23,704 nt of DNA. Origin: Xylographa opegraphella (Eukaryota). The notes under the pieces are model-generated. The model was given only the letters and a program-made list of their open reading frames with translations. It was not told the origin of the DNA and did no database searches. This document shows, piece after piece, positions 9,000 through 21,433 of this stretch; positions within the stretch are counted from its first letter, which is position 1, and each line of letters starts with the position of its first letter. The stretch spans positions 62,001-85,704 of the forward strand of contig JALDZX010000073.1 in NCBI GenBank assembly GCA_022813865.1, read 5' to 3'. Position numbers and translations under genes: made by a program.

Positions 9000-10275
9000 A
9001 TGGACGAACCTGTGAGCCACAATGTGTTCGAGAAGGCTATGAGATCAGTTCATTATGTACAAAGGCTTTTGCCCACAGACTTATTGAAACCAAGGATTGG
9101 AATCATTTGTGGTTCTGGACTTGGTGAACTTGCGGATGCTACAGATTCTAAGCTTCGGGTTGAAATACCCTATCAGGATATACCACACTTTCCCCGAACT
9201 GCCGGTACTCGCTCTGCCAATCCTGCTTACAAAACAAGTCTATATAATTGATAGAAAACAGTGCAGGGGCACAGTGGCAAGCTTCTATTCGGCTTCTTCA
9301 AGGACGATCAAATTCCAGTTGTTCTCATGGTGGGAAGAGCACAGTGAGTTCAGTTGCCCTTACAGCACATCAATTAATGACTCGCGCAATATACAGCTTC
9401 TATGAAGGGCACACAATCCATGACATCACATTTCCGATTAGAGTGTTGAAATTGCTTGGAATAGAAATACTGATAAGTACGTCGCGTTATAGTAAACCTT
9501 ACTAGTAGATTACTGTTAATTTAATTGTCACCAGTCACCAATGCTGCTGGTAGTCTCAATCCCGCTTATGTTGTAGGGGATATTGTCATTCTGCACGATG
9601 TGAGACTTCTACAATAGCAGTGCTATTCATGGATTGATACTCGTCCAGCACTTGAACCTTGCAGGGCTAGCTGGAATTCATCCCCTGAGAGGGCCGAATC
9701 CTGAAGAATTCGGCGTTCGCTTTCCCTCGCTTTCGGACGGATATGACCTTCATCTGCGGAGAACAGCTCATGAGGCATGGAATCAGCTGAAATTCAAGCA
9801 GAGCACTAGGAAACTTCACGAGGGTGTTTATGCTTTTGTTGGAGGCCCCAGGCATGATATTCTAGCTTGTATTGAAGTTCCGCGTTAATGGCTGACAAGT
9901 GCTAGTTATGAGACTAGGGCGGAATGTCGTATGCTTCGTGGATTTGGCGCGGATGTTGTAGGAATGTCGACAGTACCAGAAATCATTGTTGCTCGTCATA
10001 GTGGAGTGCGTGTCCTCGCCATGAGTCTGGTGACCAATAATGCAGTTCTGAGCGCTGTACCACACGGTGACGACCCATCCCTTCAAGGTTTTACTGGATC
10101 TCAACTTTTGCGATCCAGTGAAAAGGGTAAGGCAACCCATGAGGAAGTCCTAGAAGCGGGCCGAATGGCAGCCATGGACATGCAGGTACTGGTCCCTGAA
10201 ATCCTTGGCGCGATGTGATACTAATCCGTTCAGCAATTGGTGCGTCTCATTGTTCGGAAATCGTCTGACCATTAG
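9000..10275 (+). CDS. PNP1: Purine nucleoside phosphorylase (trimeric PNP family), 7 exons
   Basis: [53 protein letters not shown] and SLVTN motifs. Final intron 10186-10233 gives ...[16 protein letters not shown] (stop at 10218 if retained). Confidence 0.93.
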
Positions 10276-10324
10276 CTTAATCCCAGACTGTCTTGAGTCT
10301 ATATCTTGTATTTAGTGGTTCGGA

Positions 10325-11272
10325 TCAGTTGCAAAAAGCCCCATTTCTTTTTGCTTTCAGCATTTTGTAGTGTGCCTTCCTGCCACTGCGTTTTGCCAAC
10401 TGCACTTCATTGTACTTGCTCTTGAATCGACCAGATGAAGCTTCTCCAACCATGACCTCTTCCAATAGAGTCCCTCTGCGATCCTTATTCTGGAGACGGG
10501 CACTGAAGAATTCGGTTGGATCTTCAACGATAGTACCAACTTGAGAGAATTCAGGTGCCTTGACTGATATGTTATCTTTCTTGTAATGCCTCCGTGGGTC
10601 AAGCACCGAGCGCAATTTCAGAAGCTGTAGATCACGCTTCAAGTCATGGGTAAGATTCGTCCTCGGAAGGTTCAACCAGTCCGGCCCGGCGGTTTCCTTG
10701 CTTGACTGTTCAAAATTAGCTTGTCTTTGAATCCAATAAATATAACAGCCTTGGGAGTTCAAATCGCCTCAGAGTAACTATGTAAAAAATGCTCTCAGGG
10801 AGGGCAGCGCGGTACCCAAGACGGGACCGGTAAATTCTGCATCAAGTATTGATTGGGATAATATCCTCACGGGCAGGGAAGTATTGACAGTGGAAAGTGT
10901 AGATTAACCTTAATAACCTTCTTCGTTACCGTAAGAGGATCTTCGAATCGGCGAATCTTGCTAGAGAGCTGTCGCTCATGGTCATCAAGCAAGCGATGGG
11001 TATCTGCTTTGGCAATGTCCCTATTCACGATAACATAGGGTCCTCTCATCGTTCCTAAGTCGAGTCTCAAACGACTGCCCACTTGTCAGACACAAGACGA
11101 GAGGGAGAAAAAGCGTGTGTTTAAGCTCATACCCGACAGGAATTTTAGCCTGTCCAGTCTGGACATTAAGGATTGAAGTCTCATTTTGGTCACGAAGATG
11201 GCCGCTCAGCCTGGCTTCTGCATTGCGTAATAATAGGTCAATCTGTTCGTCGGAAAGGCTTCCGGGGTCCAT
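10325..11272 (-). CDS. FCF2: Fcf2 pre-rRNA processing protein, 3 exons
   Basis: TAGPDWLNLPRTNLTHDLKRDLQLLKLRSVLDPRRHYKKD...FSQVGTIVEDPTEFFSARL is the Fcf2 domain. Start MDPGSLSDEQIDLLL; second intron 10908-10706. Confidence 0.9.
10766..10874 (-). ncRNA. Intronic box C/D snoRNA, snR63/SNORD46-type guide for LSU rRNA Am2256 (yeast numbering)
   Basis: Box C variant GTGAGGA (10870-10864), box D CTGA (10772-10769) and short GCC/GGC terminal stem. The guide CATAGTTACT directly 5' of box D is complementary to LSU rRNA AGUAACUAUG. Confidence 0.8.
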
Positions 11273-12370
11273 CGCCACTTCAGGAGGCGCAGTCGGGGTC
11301 GGATATTGGTATGAAGGAGTAGAGAGGGTGGGTGTACGAGTTAAAATCCAAAATTCCACTTTGCCTCAAAGTCGATTTATAGCGTGGGGGCCAAGCGTTC
11401 TCGGACCGCACTGCGTGTTTTTGCTGCGGAGGGGCGTTGACTGAAAGGTTCACCATCGATGATCACCCATCAGTCAGGTTCCAACTCAATTCGTAGCTGC
11501 AGGTTAACATCATTATATCCGGGAAAGTCACAGAACGATGGGAAGATGTCAGCAAATCAGCGACCGCCCCCGTTCTCGGCCAATCATCATCCGCTGCCTC
11601 GGATTCGAGACAGCTCATTCACGCCTTGCGGAATCCATGCACTTCCATTGGTCCTCCTGCCCCAGTCAGGACTGTTGAAATTGATGCAAAGTATTCGAAA
11701 TTATCGAAATAAAGCGTGCCTATTATGAGGAGCTGCCTTTCCCGACCGTACCTACAGTAAGCCTTCTTGCGTTGACGTGGTCGTGGGCTGAATACTCTAA
11801 TAAGCCATCTCCTCTCCTCGCTGCTTGCTCCGCTGCGCAAGATCTGGAATTGGCTCCCGTGCATGCTTGCATCATTCCCGGCCCCTAGTCACCGACTTGC
11901 TTCGACCTCTCTGTTTCGCTAGATTTCACTTCGCAAAACCCACCAGGAACAGCCCACGATCGGCCATCGAGCTGATTCGCTGTACTTGCTCAGCCTTGGT
12001 CAAGTGCCAGTCATTGCGCGCTGGCAGGACATCACCGCCCACTCTAATCAAGGTGCGCAATTGTCGCTTTTGGGCAACAATTGCGCGATGATGGTCACTT
12101 GGTTGACTATAGTAGTTGTTGCTCCTAGACCGCTACGACTATCAAACCTCGATCGGTGTTCGTCGCGATCCTCCCGGTCACCACACCTTTTTGTTGATCC
12201 GCAGCCTGCACCTCCGGCTTGAACAGCAACAACGTTCCAATCTCCCATCCACACGGCTCCCCGCCTGGTCCGTTATCCGAGATCAGTTGTCACACCGACT
12301 TAAAGCGTACCGAGTATCTGCACGCCTATACTCAAGCATCCGCTTTCTCTGCGCGCAAACACAGTTGACT

Positions 12371-13628
12371 ATGGAACAGAATCCCGTAGGAGGCGGGCAA
12401 GGACAGCAGCAGCAACCACCACCACGGTATGATCTGACCAACGGCGGACATTATGGTATGCTGCAATTCCCATGTCTTCCACGTAGAACATGAATCCTAA
12501 GCCATGCACGGAGAACGTGTGGCATGCTACTATCCTTCACTCCAAAGCTCTTGTGCTAACTGAACATCCAATCGCAGGCGCAAGCGCTCTGGTAAGTGCT
12601 CCAGTTTGTGATTTATTCCACCTGACTCAATGCAAATTCCAATGACCTGCTAACATTCGGATTAGCTGGCGGCGCATGGTCATGCGCCTGGAGCAGATCT
12701 ATATCAAGGAACATGGGCGAATGTATGTGATTTGACCAACATATCATACTAGCGAGGAAGCAAATACTAATAAAGAAGAAGGTCAATCAAGGCTTACATG
12801 GGACGTATCGTGACATCTTGATGACCTATTGGCAACAAACCATCTATAATCTCGAGAACGAAGTACACGACTACAAACTCCATCATTTACCTCTGGCACG
12901 AATAAAGAAGGTAATGAAAGCAGATCCGGAAGTCAAGATGATTTCTGCGGAGGCCCCCATCCTCTTTGCAAAGGGTTGTGACATTTTCATAACGGAATTG
13001 ACCATGCGTGCATGGATCCATGCCGAGGAGAACAAACGACGTACGCTACAGCGATCAGACATTGCCTCAGCCTTGGCCAAATCAGACATGTTCGACTTCC
13101 TCATTGACATTGTTCCTCGGGAAGAAGCTGCAGGTCATGCAAAGCGCTCAGGAGGGCAAGGAAGTAGCAATACCGCCGCGGCCCAATCGGCTTCCACGGC
13201 TAATCAGATCGCTCCACCACATGGCAACGTTCAGCAACAGCCCCATCAGTCGGCTCCGCAACAGCATCACATGCCCCCCCCCGAATACACGTTAGCGCAC
13301 AACTCAATGCCCGCGGAACCGGACTACGGGCGACAGCAGAGTATGTATGCGCCACAAGTTCCTCCGGATCCCACCCATGCGTACGGACAGCCACAGCAAC
13401 AGATGTATGGACAGGAAATGTATGGATACTCTGCATTGCCACCACAGCAGGTGAGAGTTTCTCCCATTTAGGTTACTGCCTGTGCTTACCAATTCACAGA
13501 TGTACCAAGTAAACCAACGTGGTCCAGATCCGACAGGAGCTCAAGATCCAGGTCATCATTATCAGAGGCACGACGGGGGTGAGGGAGATGCAGATGCGGA
13601 GGGCGAGCGGGACTACGAGGTCGGCTAA
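12371..13628 (+). CDS. hapE: CCAAT-binding complex subunit HapE/Hap5 (NF-YC), 5 exons
   Basis: Histone fold [70 protein letters not shown]; 14-nt exon 12578-12591; last exon MYQVNQ...DYEVG* ends at 13628. Confidence 0.95.
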
Positions 13629-13828
13629 CGAAGATTTTCATCGTGTCTTCCCATATTTGTTCGTGGTCAGATATGTCGATAATCTTTGCCTTCTAGTCGA
13701 AACATTCGGTTGAAAGTTCTGGAAAATCAAAAATTGTTCCTCTTATTATATAGCAATCCTCGGAGATGTGGGTTCTAAAGCAGAATCCGAATTTTAGCTT
13801 ACGTACAGCTGTCCCATGGGAGCTGTAT

Positions 13829-16625
13829 TCAGTGATACCCAAATCTGGAAGAAAAAGTAGTGAACCCATCAGACCTGCTGGCACCTTGTACTGAGTGCGT
13901 AAGCCTGTAGTATTATCAGCCTGAGAGTCCGAGCTTGGTAGAATTTCATAATTACTTTTCCAGTAGCAGCGGTCCGTTCAATGCATCCACTCTTCCGTAC
14001 TTCTTATTACGTGTTGAGACATCGTAGTATTCGTCCGAATTCTCGGCTTGCATCAGATTGATCGTCTGCTGCAATTCGTCCAAGTTTTGCTGAAGGATTG
14101 GATTACCAAGAGTGTCCACGAAGTCGGAAAGGAAGCGGACGTCCTTTGCAAGAGCCGCAACACCGTTTGGATTGATCTTCTTGACGTCCGGAGAAAGCGG
14201 AAGAGACTTAACACGGTGACATCAGTTACACGATAATCGGCAGGAATATTTCAGCTCATCCACATACCAATATCATGGACGCCGCGTGGCTAAGGGCATC
14301 AAAATAGATTAGCTCTTTAATCTCGGTAGGTAAGCCAAGCAGTACGGTATTCATGATGTTCGAGAGATATTGGGTTAAGGTCTGCATGTAGTTGCTGGGT
14401 TCCTTTTCAAGAGTGTGTGCAGTCCTGGAAAGAAAAACATGTGTAAATCAGCCAAGTGCACCAAAACATGACACGTCTTTGGATTCAAAGGACTTACCAA
14501 TCGTACTCGGCTGTTTCAATCAAATCGTCAATCTTTGAGTTTACCAGCTCAAAGATCCGTTTTTCCGCCGTCTTTTTGTTGCTTCGAAATTGCTCGGTGG
14601 CAACAAGAATAATACTACCACCAACAGAACTAGAAGACCTTGCGGCTACTAGAAGTTGTTCCAACTCTTGGCAAGCTATCTCGAAATGCTCTAGGTTGAT
14701 CAAGATCTGAACAATCTGGCCAAGGTATTGTGAACTCAGCCGCTCGACTAGGGAATGGCAAACCTTCTCGGAGAGTAGCTCGTCCAGTGACTAATGATGA
14801 TTCAGTAGTGAAACATTATTGCTTTCAGAAAACAAGTACCGTCTTTAGCTTGTCGTCAATAATTCTTGGTTGCTGGAAATGGTCATCAGAGAAGAAATAG
14901 AACTGATTTAAGAAGTTCCGTATGTCTATGCAGCAGAGAGGGTACATCTGCGAGAAGGGTAGAACACATGGAAATCTGGAGTGTATCAGTCCGGGTGTTA
15001 TCCTGACTTGAATGCTTCCAAAAATACCTAAGCTCATCCGCGGGTTTATCAGGCGTGTACCAACTTACGTTTACAACTTTCTCGTACTCGTCTAGGCTAT
15101 TTATGGGCATCGGCATGTAGTCGTCCGTTGAGATAATCTACACCAAGTGTTAGGTTGGGTCCTTATGCTGAGATCTAACTATACCTCTTGGAAGTCGTCG
15201 CTGAATCTCCTCTTGAGTAGCTCGGCGTATTTCTCAAACAGTGTAAGCAAAAAATTATCAAGAGCTCCAACCGGATAACCCCAAGACTGTATTCTGTGTC
15301 AGGGCTATCGGGTCTAAGTTCCCGGGTTGACAGACCTCCATGGTTTGTATGAAAAGAGCGATGACGCCTTTGATCTTCAGTAGCACTTCCGCATTATCGA
15401 CTTGATGCAACGCTTTTGCAATCAATGCTATAGATGTCTGACACATGGAGTCCCAAAGTTCCTCGACCTAGCATGTCAGTTAAATGGTGATCACATAGAC
15501 AGTGCCATGGTGAGGTCACACATCTTCTGTAGCTCGCAGTCCAGGCGCTTTCTTCATCGTAGCCTTCTCGACTATTGCAAAGCCAGCAATACCTTCTAGA
15601 AGTTCACTCAAGCTCGATTCTTCAGAATCAACGAGCGTAATCGATGTGGGCATAAGAAGCTCTTTCTGCTGCCGCCTTGTAGCTGCATACTCGGCTCGGA
15701 ATTTGTCGGTCTGCCCCAATGCATTATGAATATGCATGCATTCGAACAATGGTGTAAACTCAACCTGTACGTCTTCGTTGTCAAGTGTATCGAACTCGAT
15801 GTTTTCGTCAGAAACCAATTCGAGAGCGGAGTTCAGCTTGAAGCTGCTCAGATAGGTAAACTTATCAGCTCGCTGCTTTTGCCGAGTCCTTCGCTGCTCG
15901 GTATGGTAGAAAGCAACCTCTCCTAAAAATTGTGACGTCTCCCGTATGCGGAATAACCAAGTATTGAGGTCGGTCATTACCGCATCTGCAATCAGTTTTT
16001 TCGTCGTCGGGACGGATTTCTGGATCATATCTGAGATACTGTACTGTGTCACTTCACGGAGCTGTACATTCTGCAGCTCGTCGAGAGCTCTCAGCGCCGC
16101 ATAGTGACTCTTCTTTCCCAGCAGGTCGTGGACCTGATTGGCCAGACGCAAAACCTCCAAACAATCAGTCAGCGCCTGAGTAGCTTCATCGATGTTCTGG
16201 CGGACTCCACGGGATTCGACCAAGGCTTTTTTATGCTCCGCAAAGTTTTCGGTACTCGCTTGATTGGCTTGATTAAGCCGTAATATCTCCCTGGTAAGAT
16301 TCACCGTGCCTTCACGAACATGAAGCAATTGGTTGACTGAGGCTGTAAATTCCTGATGATTTGTACTACAGATCTTCTCAATATCCGCTTCTCGATCATC
16401 GGAGTATTGAGATAGGGCATGAAGAAGCAGATAGCCTCGGCTCTCCTTGCTCGTGTCCTTGATCGCAGGAACCAGCTCATCGAAAAAGTCGTTGTCAGAA
16501 GATGCGAGCACAATCTGGCACAAACCGCCATTAAAATCTCAAGAAAATCTGGACTGTCCGATACAATAACTCACCTGTGGAACAACATAGTCGATTTCAT
16601 TGCGTGGTTCTGTTGTGGCAGGCAT
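13829..16625 (-). CDS. SEC15: Exocyst complex subunit Sec15, 10 exons
   Basis: Nine GT-AG introns join the ORF-track fragments from MPATTEPRNEIDYVVPQ to ...FSSRFGYH*. Recognised segments include DLNTWLFRIRE, DDYMPMPI, FPCVLPFSQMYPLCCIDIR and QIVQILINLEHFE. Confidence 0.9.
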
Positions 16626-17623
16626 CGCTCATGTCGTATCGTCTGGAGGAAGATTGTCGGAAGTTGTTTCCGGTCATCCAGCTCGATGGCTCTCCTGCAC
16701 GACATAGAAGTTATTAATCCATTCCATCATGATTGCCCTAGGACATGCTCGGTCTTAATTACAGCTTTGTACGACCAAGGTGCGGATAGCAGCATAGGAC
16801 TATCCTGGTATTAGCGCCGCAACAACACAAACACCGATGAGGCTAGGAATACATTATGTAGGTCCTAAGTACTTGTCTCCACTTCATAAATCCTTGACGA
16901 ACATCAATTCGCCAGATCTCCAAGTTGATTGTCCTTTCAGAGTAGAGGTATCATTTGTAATTATTGGAGTCTGTGTTTACGTTACGTCAATCCAACTTGT
17001 CTCCTTGTACTTCTAGTCTATCCAAAGAGACTGCCCTGTACTTTCTATATGTTACTAGATGCACAAAAGGAAAAATAAAGCTTTCGCTTCATATCGATAT
17101 CAACAGAGAAAGGCTTCCTGGCACAGTGTTACCACTGGGCATATGTCCAAGAGCTCCCAAGCGATATTGCACAATGGAGGGCCGTTCCTCTTCTCCGGTA
17201 CCTTATGGCATCTCCTTCAAGTGCGATAGGGTTAGCCCGGAACCCTACGCTAGGCGGGGCGCGACTTCCTATCACCTGTAATGACGACGCTTAGGTCTGC
17301 GCTAGTGCGTTACAGGTAGCTTATATATCTGAAAATTCTGCGGGTTGGAAATTCCCTCTCCTCTCTTCTCATTAAATCCGAAAGTTGAAGCTGTCAGCAT
17401 GTGTGCCGAGCATGCACTCAAATTTCTGACCCGCACTTCAACCGACAGCCTATCAGTCATTCAGAACCTTGAGAAAAGCTAGCTTTCTTCGCCCATCAGT
17501 TTTTTTTGAGCAAATCCTCATTCTTGCACAACTGGGTCAAATATTGCTCGCGTCATCATCCTTACTTAACGTCCCTTACCTGTTTCTAATCGTTGAGACC
17601 AACCCTCGAGTCTCTGAACAGTC

Positions 17624-20622
17624 ATGACGGACAGGATGACTGCCACCACGTACAGTCCTTGCTCACCTTCGTCAGGCGGCGCGGAGTCAAATCACTGTAC
17701 GCCGGGAACGAAGTTGACAGATTTCTCGCCTGAAGACTTCCGTGGACAGTCAAAGCTCAGCTACAATGGTAACCCGAAAACTAATCACCCTCCAGCTTTC
17801 GCTCTTCAAGGTGTTCCTCTCAAGTTCAGTCCTCACAGTAAAGCTCCAAATTTGAATTCAATGGGTACCCAGGACCCTTTCACTGTCACATCCAAAACTC
17901 TTCATGTTAATGATAATACCGCTTCTGGCATCAAATTATCTCCAACAGCTGCAGCTTTCAAGCCGTCGCAGACAGAATTCCATCTTGCTGCTGTACTTCG
18001 ATCTGAGCCAATCCCAGGTGGTGTTTTACTCCCAAGTTCAGGACAATATCTGAAAGCACCGCAAGATGCACGTAATGGTTTAGGGGTTTCCTATCTCAAT
18101 GCTACCTCTGTACCAGATATTGATCTTTCGCAACCCAAGCTTACTCAGAACATCTTATCTGTTGCTGGAGGTGTAAGTCAGTCGCCGATTGGTCCACCAG
18201 CAAGCAGCAACTGCACGATTCCGTCTACATTCACTATCTCATCGCCGACAGACACGGTTCCAAGACACACGAATAGCTCAAGGTATCTTAAGATTCGTGT
18301 ACCAACGGATACCACGCAAGATATGCTCAACGCAATCTTCATTGTAAGAATACTTACAGTAAGGAGATGATTCACTTGCTGAAACTTGTAGAACCTTTCC
18401 TCGCCAACACCGAAACTGGTTGTCATCTCTAAGATGACCACCGAAGGCTTCATTTTCGCCCGCTTCTCCGATCTTCGAGATGCGAAACAGGCTTACTCGA
18501 CCTTGAAGCACACACAGACAAATTGGCTCATGCAGTTCATCAACGTGAAGTACTTCGTACTTAATTACAAACCCCATGACCTTGCTTTCACCTCGGAGTT
18601 CGAGGGCCTGATTCAGGTAACCGCCTTATGTGAAGGCAAAGCTCTGCATTTCAATCCACAGCTCATCGCGTACTTGATGAAGGAGATGCTTGAAAATTAC
18701 GGAGATCTTATGGAATTCAGCATCTACTCTATCACTAATCCAAGCGTTACTGTTCGTGCAGAATATTACGATATTGAAGCTGCCGAGAAAGCTGTGATGC
18801 AACTTAATGGATTTAGAGTATCTGTGAGTCGATCTTGACTCTGGGCTCCAGTTTAGAATTGATGGAGAGCAGACGTATCTACTGACTGCCACGCATCATG
18901 CTCCGGATATTGTTACTTCTTGCGCACTTAGTACGCCGAAGAATCGGGGACCTCTTATCATGGGTGATGGAGACAGTGATCTAAAATCGTCCTTCAGCAA
19001 GCTTAGTGTGACTGATGATCATGGTCGTACTCATTCTGCGGTATGCGGATCAAAGTTAGTATTATCTGTATCCCCTACTTGAGTGTATCCATGCTGAGAG
19101 CACGACGTTGTATAGTGGTAATTTCCAAGGATACACAACATCTCCGTCTACTCCAGGGTATAGCGCACGCGATCGCCAAGAGAACTCACAGCAGTCAAAT
19201 ACGTATGGCTATTCGCATCATGGGATGCCCAATCTCCCTTGGCAGGCGTGTGCAACAGCGCCTGGGGGTCAAAAGTGTATGATGCCTCCAAATCTACAAG
19301 GTTATCTTGGTCCAATGATTCAACGACATTATGGCCCTCACAAGAGTGGCCCACGCCACAACCACGAGTATTCATCAGGCCACCACAACGTTGTCGATAT
19401 CGAACGCATCCGCCAGGGACTCGACGTTCGTACAACAGTATGTATTCAGTTCGGACTTGAAGGCGAACTCTAATGTCTCCTACTACGCAGATTATGCTAC
19501 GCAACATTCCCAACAAGATTGATCAGGTACTTTTATTCGTCCTTTATGTCTCTGCTATATTCTCTAGCTCATACCGGAGTAGGCCATGCTTAAGGAGATT
19601 GTGGACGATACTAGTCGAGGAATGTACGACTTCATGTATTTACGCATCGGTATGCCGAATTTTCCTTTTACGGCTCGGTGTGTCGTCTAACAACGATTTA
19701 CAGATTTTGCAAATAATTGCAAGTGGGTACATGTAAAGCGAAGAATGTCTCCTGAGCTGAACGAATTTTGCAGTGTTGGCTATGCCTTCATTAATTTCGA
19801 AGATGTAAGCAGCTTGCTCATGTATAAATAGTGCTTGTTATGTACTAATTACTATTTCTACTCAGCCATATTGCATCATCGATGTAAAGTATCTTCCTTC
19901 TACTGATTCGTCTTCTGGCTGATCTCTAGGACTACAGTTTGTGAAAGCTCGCGCTGGTCGCCGGTGGTAAGAAGTATTGGCCGGAAAACTATACATTGAA
20001 GCTGACGCATTCTTAGGAACCGATTCAACAGTGACAAAGTTGCAGAGGTTTCCTACGCCAGTAAGTTCGCTGTTCTTTGCATTGATTATTGCTAAGTACA
20101 TCAAAAGCAATCCAAGGTAAAGATTGCTTAGTTCAGAAATTTCGCAACAGTTCCGTCATGTTGGAACATCCGTCCTTCCGTCCCAAGGTTCTAGACCTTG
20201 CAATCCAAGTACGACATAGACATTGACAAAGGCCAGATCTTCCATACAGGTAAGGACGCTATCGGAGGAAAAGAGGAAAAATTCCCAGGACCCGACAATC
20301 CTTCGAAGATGCGCCGTAGTGTAGAAAACGCAGAGCACGTTGGTGAGTCCGTCCAATGCAATCTGAGGCGGGAAGCGAACGCTGATAAAGACGCTTTATA
20401 GGTCTCTTCGCTCCTCGGGCTGGTCAGTTTTTCAGGGATCAACAACGCCGAAGTTGCTCTCAGTATGATCGTGGTACCCGCTATGCGGAATATGAGAACT
20501 CCAATGCATTCGAAAGTCGTACGGTTCCCAGAATATTTCCGCAGCAGCCAATGGGAGGCACTGCTCATCTGCACCACAGTCCTCAACCTAATCTACCATT
20601 TAGTTACCAGCAGTACTTCTAA
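17624..20622 (+). CDS. mei2: Mei2-like RNA-binding protein, about 14 exons
   Basis: Spliced C-terminal RRM3: DVRTT|IMLRNIPNKIDQ|AMLKEIVD..YDFMYLRID|FANNCN|VGYAFINFED|...WNRFNSDKVAEVSYAT|IQGKDCLVQKFRNSSVM..RPK. Degenerate RRM1/2 at 18.4-18.8 kb and an S/P/T-rich N-terminus. Confidence 0.9.
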
Positions 20623-21175
20623 TCAATGACTCCTTGTGGGACTCCATGGTATTGCTGCCACTTGCGACCGCTACAATTTTGGTCTCCTTACGGAATCCGT
20701 CTTTTGTACAGTCGTATTGTACTACAGGCATAAACTGGAGGTCCAGGTAGACACGATGTTCTTTTCCGCTTCAGCGCGTTGAGCATCTTGCAAAAGAAAC
20801 AACACAATAACCCATTGGTGGCAGGAATTAGGCCCAGAAGACAGAAGTCTTTGTTGAATATGAGGTCGGGTTGGAGTGCTGCTTCGGATTGATTGGAGGA
20901 ATCTTGTCATCAATTCTTGTTAGAAAGTGTGTTTGTTGTGTTGCGGCATAATAGTGTTCATAGTTGGTACTTGCTTTGGCGGTCGAGCTCATGTCGCTGC
21001 TCAATAATGGATTGCAGAAGTTGAAGTTATTTGCTCATGTAGCCACAATCAGATTGTTGATACTCTTTCGCTAGCTAGATAGAGACAAATTGGCGATATA
21101 TACGGAGCCACACACCATAAGTCCTTAGAATCTGTTTACTCAAACCGTCATAAGTATTTAAGGATCTTAATCTAA

Positions 21176-21278
21176 TGTTACGGCTCATCAACTTACCACA
21201 CAAGCACGCCTAGAACGTAAGCTTTAGGTGGACGATTTCAACCCAGATTAAGATGGAGAAGCGATGAGGCTGCTCCAT
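21176..21278. mobile_element. LTR terminus truncated by gap
   Basis: Begins TGTTACGGCTC; similar along its length to the reverse complement of 21919-22012 (shared CCTAGAAC, TAGGTG, CGATTTCAACC). Confidence 0.75.
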
Positions 21279-21292
21279 NNNNNNNNNNNNNN

Positions 21293-21358
21293 ACTCAAGG
21301 TGCTAGTCCTGATCCAGCCCGACCCCTATTACTTGTGACTGATGTCATAATCGTCACA
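21293..21358. mobile_element. Terminus of the gap-flanking high-copy LTR
   Basis: Near-identical to 3339-3400; the three differences are transitions. Confidence 0.75.
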
Positions 21359-21433
21359 CTTTAACTTTAAATACTTAAATTAATATTAATAAAATATATA
21401 AAAAGATTAACTCGCAAAGAATTTATACCCAAT

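Noticed and set aside
13804..13827. Imperfect palindrome TACAGCT..CCCATGGG..AGCTGTA between the hapE and SEC15 stops
   Set aside because: Short, single and compatible with chance; hairpin terminators are not expected for Pol II genes.
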